From contig CAZMNX010000002.1 in assembly GCA_964567825.1 (NCBI GenBank), positions 62,767-126,766 of the forward strand: a DNA stretch of 64,000 nt. The letters are read 5' to 3'. Each line of letters opens with the position of its first letter. The stretch's first letter is position 1. This document shows, one piece after another, positions 28,278 to 37,121 of this stretch. The position numbers were made by a program, and so were the translations under genes. The notes beneath the pieces are model-generated. The model ran no database searches and was not told where the DNA came from. It saw only the letters and a program-made list of their open reading frames with translations. The DNA is from an uncultured Candidatus Saccharibacteria bacterium (GTDB lineage Bacteria > Patescibacteriota > Minisyncoccia > Phycocordibacterales > GWA1-40-21).

Positions 28278-29279
28278 TCAACCCTTCACGCCGTAACCCA
28301 CCGACGGCTTCCCAAACTTGGGGAAGACCGGAATGAACTCCACCTCGCCCACACCGAGCGGGATGCTCACGGCACCATCTTGGTCCGTGCTCAACGTGAT
28401 CCAGTCATCGGTCTTGCCGACTCGATACTGAACTGCCACCGCTTTTTCGTTTTCGGTGGTGACCATCCGGATCTTGACCGTGAGCGCCTTGGTCAATTGC
28501 AGAATGACGAGCGGCACTTCCCCGTAGCCGTTCTGACTTTGGGGATTGACGAACACGTAGGTCGAGTTCGTCGGCGCCGTGATCATTCCGTTGACGCTGA
28601 AGTTCACGCCTGCGCTCACATTTTCGAGCGGAAGCTCCATCATCTGGTCGAGCGCGAAGATGAAGGTCCCCGACTGGCCCGTTGCCTGATCGTAGGTGTG
28701 CACCACCGTCTCGCCCGACTGACCAGTATACTGGGTTTCGAACCAGACGAGATCCTCGTCATAGCTCGTTTCCAGGTACGCGGGGGGTCCGACGATGTTG
28801 CCCTGCGCATCGCGACGGATGACGTTCGCGGAGGTGACGTTGTCGAAGGCGATTGGAATACGCCAGTACAGGTCGAGATGGGTGTTGAGCGCCCAGCTCG
28901 GTACCTGCCAACCAGTCGGGGTGTTTTCGAGACCCGTATAGTTGCCGCCCATGAAGAGCGGATACCCTTCCTCCGACAGGAGCGTGGTCATCACGCTCAC
29001 CTTGTCCACCGCGGGGTCAGCCACGATGAAGTTCACCGTGTTCGTCCGCAGCGACGCGGCCAAGCGATCGAAGTTGCCCTCCGCATCGTAGGCCATGTAG
29101 CTCGACATCATCACCCCACCGTCGGAGTTCACACTCGACATCGCACGCACGACCGATTGCCGGGCGTAGGCGATGAGGGCCGGCTTGCTTGTGCCGGGCC
29201 ACAGAAGATTCGTCGCGAGGCTCACCTTGGCCGCGAGGGCCAGGACCGTCATCACCATAACCACCTTGATCATCTTCAT
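28278..29279 (-). CDS. secreted protein of unknown function (333 aa), GC-rich cassette 4
   Basis: SD GAGGAAAA; signal peptide MKMIKVVMVMTVLALAAKVSLA. Terminator downstream. The overlapping 384-aa plus-strand ORF is rejected as an antisense shadow ORF. Confidence 0.55.
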   Translation of the reverse strand: MKMIKVVMVMTVLALAAKVSLATNLLWPGTSKPALIAYARQSVVRAMSSVNSDGGVMMSSYMAYDAEGNFDRLAASLRTNTVNFIVADPAVDKVSVMTTLLSEEGYPLFMGGNYTGLENTPTGWQVPSWALNTHLDLYWRIPIAFDNVTSANVIRRDAQGNIVGPPAYLETSYDEDLVWFETQYTGQSGETVVHTYDQATGQSGTFIFALDQMMELPLENVSAGVNFSVNGMITAPTNSTYVFVNPQSQNGYGEVPLVILQLTKALTVKIRMVTTENEKAVAVQYRVGKTDDWITLSTDQDGAVSIPLGVGEVEFIPVFPKFGKPSVGYGVKG

Positions 29280-29337
29280 CTGCTTTTTTCCTCTGCTCTT
29301 TCTTTCTGCATTTATGACTCTTACCGACTCGGACCGA

Positions 29338-29640
29338 TCACAGACTGAACTTCAAGTCCTCCATGTTCATCGTCACCATCGTTCCTTTGTTGCTGGTCGC
29401 CTTCTGGCTACCACCAACCTCCTCCTTCGCCCTCGGTGTCTCCACCGGCGGCGTGTTGGTCTCGGTCGTTTCGATCACTGCGGCCGGCACGGGCTTAACC
29501 CCCACCGATTCTGCCTTCACCGGCGGCGTTTCAGATCGCCGCAAGATGAATACGCAAAGAGCGACTGTCAACCCCAAGGTCAACAGCCACGCGAATGGAC
29601 CTGGTCCAGGCCGACGATCACGATCTTGAATGTTTGCCAT
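29338..29640 (-). CDS. membrane-anchored Pro/Thr-rich protein (100 aa), GC-rich cassette 4
   Basis: SD AGGAGAG 7 nt before ATG; cytoplasmic basic N-terminus, one TM (FAWLLTLGLTVALCVFIL), Pro-rich tail; first gene of a three-gene minus-strand unit. Confidence 0.4.
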   Translation of the reverse strand: MANIQDRDRRPGPGPFAWLLTLGLTVALCVFILRRSETPPVKAESVGVKPVPAAVIETTETNTPPVETPRAKEEVGGSQKATSNKGTMVTMNMEDLKFSL

Positions 29641-29789
29641 TCGAGCTCTCCTACTTTGCCACCATTGTGGACTTGTTTTTCTACTAGTTTCGTTTCAAAA
29701 TGCATTAAAAATAAGGCTTTTGGCCCTATTCTACCCGTCAACAAATATATCACACTTTGCTTAAAATAGCAAGTATCTTTGCCCTTTCA

Positions 29790-30926
29790 TTACCGATAGA
29801 TTCTCTTGATTAACGGGTTGATTCTAGTCACCACTTCATAGGCGCTGCCCTCTAATAAATTAGCAATATCGTCCACGGAAATGAATTCTTTACCCTCGCC
29901 ACCGATAATTGTGATTTCATCCCCCACTTTCACTCCTTTTATATTCGTCACATCTATCATCACAATATCCATACACACTCGGCCTAAAATTTTAGCTTTT
30001 TGACCATTCACAATCACTTGGCCAATACCCGACAAGGCCCGTGGTAAGCCATGCCAATAACCAACTGGCAAAACCGCCACCTTAGTATCACGCTTAAACA
30101 TTTCCGTAAAATCATAACCGATCTTTTTTCCTTTCTTAACTAATTTAACTTCACCCACCAAGGTCTTCCAGGTCAAAGCTAGTTTCAAATTAAATCTTCC
30201 GTTCACAAAAGCTTTGGTTTCCACCGATGGCCATAAACCATACAAGCCGATGCCCACGCGCACCATATCAAAATGAGCTTCGGGGAATAAAATAGTACCA
30301 GACGTAGCACAAGCATGCGCTAAAAATTTTAAACCGACTTTTGTAAAAGCTAATCGCCATTGATTGAAGACATTTATTTGTTCAATCGTATCTTTAGGAA
30401 AAGCCGGATTTTTCGCGGCGGCAAAGTGAGTATACAAACCAACGACTTTAATTTTTTTATTTTTCTTGATTTCCGCCAAAACTTTTTTCATCGACTCCAA
30501 TTGAAAACCATGACGATGCATGCCACTATCAACTTTAATATGAACTCGCAGTGGCGTCTTTAGATTTATTTTTTTTATTTCCTTAAAATACTCAAAATTT
30601 GAAAGAGTGATATCAATATTAGCCTCGGCCGCCTTAGCAATCATTTCTGGCAAAGAATAACCCAAGACTAGAATCGGCACTTTTACGCCTTCTTTTCTTA
30701 AAGTTAGTCCCTCCACCACTGAATCAACGGCCACATAATCTACGCCTAATTTTCCCAATTCATGAGCAAATTCTACCAAATTGTGTCCGTAGGCATTAGA
30801 TTTGACCACCCCCATCAGTTTAGTTTCGGGCGGAATTAGAGAACGAAAAGTGCGATAGTTATGAGCTATCGCCTTTCGGTCCACTTCAATCCAAGTTCTT
30901 AAGCCTTGTCGATCAGACTTTTTCAT
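29790..30926 (-). CDS. alr: alanine racemase
   Basis: PLP-lysine motif VVKSNAYGHN and two-domain layout. Confidence 0.85.
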   Translation of the reverse strand: MKKSDRQGLRTWIEVDRKAIAHNYRTFRSLIPPETKLMGVVKSNAYGHNLVEFAHELGKLGVDYVAVDSVVEGLTLRKEGVKVPILVLGYSLPEMIAKAAEANIDITLSNFEYFKEIKKINLKTPLRVHIKVDSGMHRHGFQLESMKKVLAEIKKNKKIKVVGLYTHFAAAKNPAFPKDTIEQINVFNQWRLAFTKVGLKFLAHACATSGTILFPEAHFDMVRVGIGLYGLWPSVETKAFVNGRFNLKLALTWKTLVGEVKLVKKGKKIGYDFTEMFKRDTKVAVLPVGYWHGLPRALSGIGQVIVNGQKAKILGRVCMDIVMIDVTNIKGVKVGDEITIIGGEGKEFISVDDIANLLEGSAYEVVTRINPLIKRIYR

Positions 30927-31274
30927 TTACAAATTCAAATCGGCCATCGCCTCATCAACTGTCTTGGTCGCCTTACCACCTTCGGTAATCTTATCGCTAA
31001 CCGCGCGCATTTCTGGTCGTAAACCACCCTCTGGTTCGCTAATCTTTAGGTTCACGCGAGAATTATTTTTCATACCGACAACTCGAAGCAAGGTTCGAAT
31101 CGCTTTTGCGGTATTACCCATTCGGCCGATCACTTTACCCATATCAGCAGCATTAACATCGAGAGTTAAGAGCACCCCCATTTCGTCGACAGTTCTAGTA
31201 ATTTTCACACTGGCTGGATTATCTACTAATGCTTTAACGACATAATCCAAAAACTGAGCATCCATTTCTTGCAT
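30927..31274 (-). CDS. KH-domain RNA-binding protein (KhpA/YlqC-like)
   Basis: VIGRMGNTAKAIRTLL (GxxG KH loop) in 115-aa protein immediately downstream of rpsP, as in many bacteria. Confidence 0.75.
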   Translation of the reverse strand: MQEMDAQFLDYVVKALVDNPASVKITRTVDEMGVLLTLDVNAADMGKVIGRMGNTAKAIRTLLRVVGMKNNSRVNLKISEPEGGLRPEMRAVSDKITEGGKATKTVDEAMADLNL

Positions 31275-31342
31275 ATATTTTCTATTTAATTAATAAAACT
31301 AATACCAGACAATTGTAATATAGTGCGCTTTTTTTGTAAAGT

Positions 31343-31364
31343 AAAAAACCGCCCTTTAGGCGGC
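31343..31364 (-). terminator. intrinsic terminator (GGCCGCC-taaag-GGCGG + T6 on minus strand) after rpsP
   Basis: Short GC stem followed by TTTTTT, 5 nt beyond the rpsP stop. Confidence 0.5.
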
Positions 31365-31736
31365 CTTTACTTCTTCTTTCTTTTCTTCGGCTTTTGGCGC
31401 TTCAGCCTTAGGGGCCTCGGCAGCCTTTTTTTCCTCTTCAGTTAGTTCTTTCTTGATTGGGCGTTTCTTTGGTAAAGCATTTACTTTTTTACCGGTAATA
31501 ATTTTCTTGGAAATTAAAAGGTTGCGCATAGTATCAGAAAGTTGAGCACCCTTTGAGATCCAATACTTCACGCGATCAGCGTCCACATTACTATTATTTT
31601 TGGCCTTGCGAGTATCGTGGTTTCCTAGGACCTCTAAAGTCTGGCCACTCTTTGGACCGCGCTTAGAATCCACTAAAACCACACGAAAAGTTGGTTCGTG
31701 CACTCGTCCTACGCGTTGTAATCGAATCATTAACAT
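31356..31736 (-). CDS. rpsP: 30S ribosomal protein S16 with Lys/Ala-rich C-terminal tail
   Basis: MIRLQRVGRVHEPTFRVVLVDSKRGPKSG matches the S16 N-terminal signature. Confidence 0.9.
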   Translation of the reverse strand: MLMIRLQRVGRVHEPTFRVVLVDSKRGPKSGQTLEVLGNHDTRKAKNNSNVDADRVKYWISKGAQLSDTMRNLLISKKIITGKKVNALPKKRPIKKELTEEEKKAAEAPKAEAPKAEEKKEEVKAA

Positions 31737-31773
31737 AGGTGGTATCTTAGCCTAGATTATAAAAATAGTCAAC

Positions 31774-32676
31774 TTAAATCCATTTGGATGAGTCCGGCAT
31801 CAAATCCCCATCTAACGAAAGAATATTCCTGGATTTAAGTTCCTCGACAAGAAGTAAAAAGTTATTATTGTACTTCGGCATATGGGCAACGCCTGAGCCA
31901 AGGGTGTCTGAATACAGCTCGAAATTAAATGAGGAGGACATGCTTCTAATAAAGGCCAGGAAAGAATCGGCCTTGGAAGACAAGATAAATTTAATTACCC
32001 TCATATTTGTTGCAAAGTGTCCGGTTAAAATTATCTCCTTAATACCGTCAAGATTCTTGACCCAGGCGTTATTCATGACACTCTCAATCTCCGGCCCGAC
32101 GTTTGATTTATCCGACTCTAGGGATCCAATATATAAACAATAAAGCTCCTTAACTCCTTGGGTCTTTAAAAAATCCTCAGCCTTCTTTTCAATTGAGCCG
32201 GTAATACGTAAATCATCTATAAATATTACTCTTTTGCCCTTCAAGAGATCTGGAATACTATACAAATGTATATCATCATTCTGTGAAAATCGACTAACTT
32301 TATCAAGTGTACCATAATCCCCCTCAACTAATGTATCATTAAATATTGGCAAAATAGGAATTGGCATTTTACCCAAAAGATCAAGATGATTATTAATTGT
32401 AGTTTGAAAATACTTTGCGATCACCGCTGCACCCTTCGGCACATGTTTATATGGAGCAGTTACAATAACAAAATCTGTTTGATTTTCTGACTCAAGGAAC
32501 AGACTACCGTAGGTTTTTATAAACAACCTAGCCAAATCAACCCCGTATTGAGCGCCGACAATCGTATCACCATACTTAAATCGACTGTATAGTTTTATAT
32601 CAAAAATAGAGCCGTTGATAGTCTGAATGTCGCTGGCAATTACCTTTATTGGATATAGTGATAAATTTTTTTTCAT
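31774..32676 (-). CDS. phosphoribosyltransferase (PRTase)-like domain protein, paralog 1
   Basis: PRPP-binding-like motif GKRVIFIDDLRITGS; paralogous to 33370-34281 (shared YSRFKYG, VIVTAPY/LVLTTSPY, GKxVIxxDDxRITG, PEIExxMN blocks). Confidence 0.55.
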   Translation of the reverse strand: MKKNLSLYPIKVIASDIQTINGSIFDIKLYSRFKYGDTIVGAQYGVDLARLFIKTYGSLFLESENQTDFVIVTAPYKHVPKGAAVIAKYFQTTINNHLDLLGKMPIPILPIFNDTLVEGDYGTLDKVSRFSQNDDIHLYSIPDLLKGKRVIFIDDLRITGSIEKKAEDFLKTQGVKELYCLYIGSLESDKSNVGPEIESVMNNAWVKNLDGIKEIILTGHFATNMRVIKFILSSKADSFLAFIRSMSSSFNFELYSDTLGSGVAHMPKYNNNFLLLVEELKSRNILSLDGDLMPDSSKWI

Positions 32677-33365
32677 TAGATTAATTTAATCAAATCAGAA
32701 ATTCTACTAATAGATTTTACGTCGTTACCTGAATTTGCACTGTCGATGTCAAACAATTGAGCCTGACATCCAGCTTCAATTGCCCCGCGATAATCCGTGA
32801 CAAAATTATTACCAACATGTAATATCTCCCCGGCTTTAATTCCGGCAATTTGTGCTAATGACTCAAACATTCTCGGGTCGGGTTTTCCCGCACCTACTTC
32901 ATCTGAAAATACAGTGTAATCAATAATGTCTAAAAGACCCAAACTCGAAAGCGCATTTCTCATTGTTTTTCCAATAATAAAGCCCGTATTACTCAGTAGA
33001 GCAATCTTGAACTTTTTTGCTTTAATTTCTTTTAAAGTCTCCGGCAAATCCTTCTCGATTAATAGTGGCAGATTCTCTAGAAAAACTGATTCGAAGATAC
33101 TCTTCACTTTATTAATAATCTCCAAATTAGCCTTTTTGCCTGTTAAGCGCTCAATCAAGGTAATTATTCGAACGTCACCAGATAAATCCTGGCCAGTTGT
33201 TTCGGTAATTGTTTCTAGTTCTCGGCCAATGTCCCTGGCGGCATTAGCAATTAACTTTTCATCTAGACTTAATAGTTCTGATAAAAGTTTTGATCTTTTT
33301 ATTTTATTCTCAGGATTACCAACTAAAATAGTGTCCCAGACGTCTAAACTTATAAGTTTAATCAT
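32676..33365 (-). CDS. HAD-superfamily hydrolase (phosphatase)
   Basis: Motif I LDVWDT (DxDx[TV]), motif IV GNNFVTDYRGAIEAGCQA (GDxxxD-like), Rossmannoid layout. Confidence 0.7.
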   Translation of the reverse strand: MIKLISLDVWDTILVGNPENKIKRSKLLSELLSLDEKLIANAARDIGRELETITETTGQDLSGDVRIITLIERLTGKKANLEIINKVKSIFESVFLENLPLLIEKDLPETLKEIKAKKFKIALLSNTGFIIGKTMRNALSSLGLLDIIDYTVFSDEVGAGKPDPRMFESLAQIAGIKAGEILHVGNNFVTDYRGAIEAGCQAQLFDIDSANSGNDVKSISRISDLIKLI

Positions 33366-33369
33366 AATT

Positions 33370-34281
33370 TTAAAAGAAAATAGAAACAGCCGCTTGCCGT
33401 AATAAGAAAGTAAATTGCGAAAATCTTGAAGCTAGGCTAATCTTATTTTCTCTCAACTTTATTTCGTCACGAACCAATGAAAAACCGGCTTGATATTTAT
33501 CCATAAAGCCATAGCCATCATTCACAGATGAAATATAAAGATCAGACAAAACATCGTCGGATATCTTTTTTAGGAAGCTTTTAAGTTCTAGCAAATTACC
33601 CCAAGAGAGAACGAAGCGGCAAACTCGAGCGTTTAAAATATATTCCTCAGGATTTCTCATCAAAGCTGAGAGTCGATCGAGGGAATTAATCTTGGTATGA
33701 TTCATTTTATTTTCAATCTCTGGATCTTTTTTACCAGTTTTAACATCAATTACATAAAGAAAAATTATTTCGGCAACGCCAGATTTTTCCAAATAACTAA
33801 TTGTCTTTTTTTCATGAGCACCAGTAATTCTCGAGTCTTCCACAAGAATAACAGTCTTGCCCTTAACCGAATCTTGATCAACAGAAAGAGAATCTTTCTT
33901 CATATTTATTTCTCGCTCTTTAGCACTCAGTTTTCCAAAGTCACAGGACGGAGCTGATGAACGATTAATTTTTACAAACGGTAAGGCGTTATGGCCACTC
34001 TCTAAAAGCAATTCGTTCAGGAAATAGTGAACATTAACCGCCAATGAGTGAGCTGAGGGTGGAGTATGCCAATATGGTGAAGTTGTTAAAACTAAATTAT
34101 CTTTATTTAAAGTAAGATTTTTAAAAGAGTAAACTTTTAAAAATTCCGCAGCCATCTTTTTTGCAAACTTAATAACCGTTGGCTTGTAACCATACTTAAA
34201 AGTGCTATATTCCTCGAGGTTTAAAAACTCTTTCTTTGTTGATTTATCGAGGGTATAAGCTGAAATTCGTTTGATATTCAT
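33370..34281 (-). CDS. phosphoribosyltransferase (PRTase)-like domain protein, paralog 2
   Basis: GKTVILVEDSRITGAHEKK PRTase motif; first gene downstream of the promoter at 34332-34359. Confidence 0.55.
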   Translation of the reverse strand: MNIKRISAYTLDKSTKKEFLNLEEYSTFKYGYKPTVIKFAKKMAAEFLKVYSFKNLTLNKDNLVLTTSPYWHTPPSAHSLAVNVHYFLNELLLESGHNALPFVKINRSSAPSCDFGKLSAKEREINMKKDSLSVDQDSVKGKTVILVEDSRITGAHEKKTISYLEKSGVAEIIFLYVIDVKTGKKDPEIENKMNHTKINSLDRLSALMRNPEEYILNARVCRFVLSWGNLLELKSFLKKISDDVLSDLYISSVNDGYGFMDKYQAGFSLVRDEIKLRENKISLASRFSQFTFLLRQAAVSIFF

Positions 34282-34331
34282 TATTATTCTGCTACTAGTA
34301 AATCCGTTAAAATCTGGACTTAATGCTGGGT

Positions 34332-34359
34332 ATTATAGCAAATCTATTGGATTTGTCAA
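34332..34359 (-). promoter_or_regulatory. sigma70-type promoter TTGACA-N16-TATAAT (extended -10 TGcTATAAT) driving the PRTase-HAD-PRTase operon; copy A of a duplicated 33-nt element
   Basis: Minus strand cTTGACAaatccaatagatttgcTATAATaccc. The plus-strand 33-mer GGGTATTATAGCAAATCTATTGGATTTGTCAAG (34328-34360) recurs with 2 mismatches at 39497-39529. Confidence 0.6.
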
Positions 34360-34390
34360 GCCTAAATTGACACAATATGGAAATTTAGGC
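34360..34390. promoter_or_regulatory. perfect 9-bp inverted repeat GCCTAAATT-N13-AATTTAGGC abutting the -35 of the promoter above (candidate regulator binding site)
   Basis: Inverted repeat lies immediately upstream (on minus strand) of the -35 hexamer; not followed by a U-tract so unlikely to be a terminator. Confidence 0.35.
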
Positions 34391-34497
34391 AAATAAAGAG
34401 ACCCCCGACCCTCACCGAAACTTGCGTTCAGATGAGAGAAGGGGGCCTCGGGGTTGAATGTACTCTTCCCAGCCTCAGGCTGGGGGTTGGGGCTCGG

Positions 34498-35298
34498 TTA
34501 GGCCACCGCCGGAGCGGGGGCCGCATTGAGCCACTTCACGAGCTCGTCGCCGATGAGCTCCGCATTGAGCTCGTCGTCGGGCTTGCTGGTGAAGGCCGGC
34601 AGGTCGCGAATGATGACCAGGCCGGTATTGTCGAACATGTCGGCGATCTTCTGCAGGAACTTGAACTGGCCGCCCTGGTTCGAGTACGCCAGGAAGAGGA
34701 AGTAGACCTCGTCCCCCCGGCCCTGACTCGCGCGGAGCACCTGCTCCACCCGACCCTCGTCGCTGCAGTCACCGTCGGTGACAAACAGAACCAAGGAGCG
34801 TTCCTTCTTGACCGCCGCCGGCGCCGACGCCGACTGCTGATTCCCGCCACCACCGAAGGTACGGGAGAAGAATCCGCTCTTCCTGGGCGCCGCCGGCTGA
34901 TTGCCGTTCGGCAGCCAGCCGAAGTGACGCAGGTTGGCTTCCAGCACATAGCTGTAGTCCGTCCCGCCGCGGTAGCCCGGCACCTTCTCGATGATTTCGC
35001 GCTTGATGTAGCCCTCAACGTTCGCCGGAGTCACCGTCCCGACATGGTGAACGCGCTGTTCACCGTTCGAGAAGGTGAAGACGTCGATCTCGCCGTTGGC
35101 GTCGAACGTGATCCCCCACGGGATCAGGCGCGTCATCAGATCGTTCGTCATCCCGTCACGATGCTCGTCATCGAACGAGCCGGACACGTCCATGTCCATC
35201 ACGACTTGGGCGCGCAGCCGGCTCAGATCCACACCGAGCTTCGTCAACGTCAAACGCAGACTTTCCGCGGACTTCTGAATGTTCAACTTGATGGCCAT
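34498..35298 (-). CDS. von Willebrand factor A domain protein (TerY-like)
   Basis: MIDAS DMDVSGS and downstream VLFVTDGD vWA motifs; SD AAGGAGTG; GC-rich; 2-nt gap to upstream gene (operon). Confidence 0.65.
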   Translation of the reverse strand: MAIKLNIQKSAESLRLTLTKLGVDLSRLRAQVVMDMDVSGSFDDEHRDGMTNDLMTRLIPWGITFDANGEIDVFTFSNGEQRVHHVGTVTPANVEGYIKREIIEKVPGYRGGTDYSYVLEANLRHFGWLPNGNQPAAPRKSGFFSRTFGGGGNQQSASAPAAVKKERSLVLFVTDGDCSDEGRVEQVLRASQGRGDEVYFLFLAYSNQGGQFKFLQKIADMFDNTGLVIIRDLPAFTSKPDDELNAELIGDELVKWLNAAPAPAVA

Positions 35299-35300
35299 GG

Positions 35301-36389
35301 TTAGGCACTCCTTAATTTTCCGATCACTGCACTGACTAGGTCACCCACCTCACTGACTTGGGTGACACTTGGTTTGTTTCCTCTCCGAGCCAAAAGCTGC
35401 AAAGCAGCCAGGCTGTTGAGCATGGTCGGCACCGTTACCAGTGCCAAGTCTTGCGCAACTTCAATGAGTTGAAGAGGTTGTTCGATTTGTAACTTACGGA
35501 CCGAACTACCGCCGACAATCTCAGCCGTCGTAGCTGTGAGACTCACCACCCGCCCCGAAAGGCGACCAGCAACGTCTCGCTTCCCAATTGATTCCAGGTG
35601 TTCAGCGATGTGCGCGCCAGCCAAAGCCAACGCATTAACCTCATCACCAACCTCTAGGGTGCGGGTCGAGATCAACTCGATTTGCCCCCTCAAGGCCAGC
35701 AACTTCGGAACATCATCACTGATGATCTTCGCAATCTGATCAATCTCCTCTAGTGCCCTTTCGAGCTCTTCGAGTGAATCGACCTCTGCTGAAGATTTCT
35801 TGATCGCTCGAGCGAGGAAACCCTCCCCACCTTTTTGAGCGAACACCTTGTCCAGCTTGATGGAACCTAGGATCTCGATCAGGCGTCCGACACGTCGGCT
35901 AACCTGATTAAGTGTCTCGGAACGCGACAAAGCGAGGACCTCCGACATCAGCCCGCTGTACTGCTTTTGCACTTCCGTGCCCCACATCACAGCGCTCTGC
36001 TCCGTAGCCCTTTCCGCAATGAAGCTTTCGACCAAGTGCACCACGCGCTCGATCGTTTCCACCTTCTGGGTTTTCCCCTGCAAATTGGCACTGGTGATCG
36101 GAATCCTCTTCCGAACTTCACCGATCCCAATCACAGAGGGTTTACCTACCGGCACGATTGCCGGCTTGACCACCGCCTGAACCGTATTCGACGGTATCGC
36201 GGTTGGTTTCAAGTTTTCCACCTTCCCCGGCGTTCCAGGAATGGCGGTCGGCTTGGTGGCCTGCCCTTGCGGACAAACTCCCATCACCGTAGGCTTGATG
36301 GACCCGCCGCCCGACGGAATAACCGTCGGACGACGAATCACTGTTGCTTCTCCCGGCACGAAGCCGGAAGTTTTCTCTCCTCCCGGCAC
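35301..36389 (-). CDS. coiled-coil protein, TelA-like / toxic-anion-resistance-associated (tentative)
   Basis: GTG start with strong SD AAGGAGG; Pro/Thr-rich N-terminus followed by long helical repeats; sits between TerD and the vWA gene. Confidence 0.4.
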   Translation of the reverse strand: MPGGEKTSGFVPGEATVIRRPTVIPSGGGSIKPTVMGVCPQGQATKPTAIPGTPGKVENLKPTAIPSNTVQAVVKPAIVPVGKPSVIGIGEVRKRIPITSANLQGKTQKVETIERVVHLVESFIAERATEQSAVMWGTEVQKQYSGLMSEVLALSRSETLNQVSRRVGRLIEILGSIKLDKVFAQKGGEGFLARAIKKSSAEVDSLEELERALEEIDQIAKIISDDVPKLLALRGQIELISTRTLEVGDEVNALALAGAHIAEHLESIGKRDVAGRLSGRVVSLTATTAEIVGGSSVRKLQIEQPLQLIEVAQDLALVTVPTMLNSLAALQLLARRGNKPSVTQVSEVGDLVSAVIGKLRSA

Positions 36390-36424
36390 TGATGCCTCCT
36401 TTTGTTGGCGTCGTTCTCAGACGC

Positions 36425-37042
36425 TTAAGAGAAGAAGCCGAGGATCGTGTTGAAATCCCCGACGAAACCGCTGCCGACGGCCGCGTAATCCCAGCCGCCC
36501 GTGGCGTTGCGGATCATGCTGCCCATCTGCACGCAGTTGAATGCTCCGAACTCATTCGTGAGCCCGAAGCTGCCGAGAACCTTCCCGGCTTCGTCCTTGA
36601 TCGTAATCGAGGCCTCCTTGACCTCGGTGAACGTGACATTGCGACCCGACTTGTCGTAGATCGTGACGAAGATCGGGATCTCGTTGACTTCCGGCGCAAC
36701 CCGCGACGTGTCAATCGTGATCACTTCATCGACGCCCTGGGACCGACCGTCGCGCTTGTCGCCGGAGTGAAGCAGAGCCCCACACGGCGTACCAAACGAA
36801 CCGTCGGCATTGCGCTTCAAAGCGCCGCCCACCGTGTTCAGGTTGAAAACGCTGAGCACCTTTTCGAGCGTATCGATCTTGGCGCCGCTGCCGTCATTGA
36901 CGCACAGCAACGCATTGGCATCGAGATCGTGGGGCGAATCCCAGGCCAACTCGGCCATGAACTTCCCACCCTTCGACAGGTTGAGGGACAACTTCATCCC
37001 CGCAACCCCATCCTTCTTCAACGGCAAGGACAACTTACTCAT
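36425..37042 (-). CDS. terD: TerD-family stress protein
   Basis: LSLNLSKGGKF...AWDSPHDLDANALL...GALLHSGDKRDG...DEVITID...PIFVTIYD...GGWDYAAVGSG match TerD/TerZ/TerE signatures. The start is likely the ATG at 37042 (SD GGAGAAG), not the ORF-track start at 37105. Confidence 0.8.
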   Translation of the reverse strand: MSKLSLPLKKDGVAGMKLSLNLSKGGKFMAELAWDSPHDLDANALLCVNDGSGAKIDTLEKVLSVFNLNTVGGALKRNADGSFGTPCGALLHSGDKRDGRSQGVDEVITIDTSRVAPEVNEIPIFVTIYDKSGRNVTFTEVKEASITIKDEAGKVLGSFGLTNEFGAFNCVQMGSMIRNATGGWDYAAVGSGFVGDFNTILGFFS

Positions 37043-37121
37043 GACTGCTTCTCCATTTCTGCCTCTCGGCATCGAACTTGCAGCCCTTAACGGGCCGCCG
37101 AACATTTACCACACACAATCA

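Noticed and set aside
28194-29348. 384-aa plus-strand ORF and other long plus-strand ORFs inside GC-rich DNA (34432-35304, 36344-37090, 36810-38252, 38715-39464, 52659-53291)
   Set aside because: High GC suppresses stop codons, so long antisense shadow ORFs are expected. The minus-strand alternatives carry SD sequences, recognisable domains (TerC, TerD, vWA, signal peptide) and correctly placed terminators, which the plus-strand ORFs lack.
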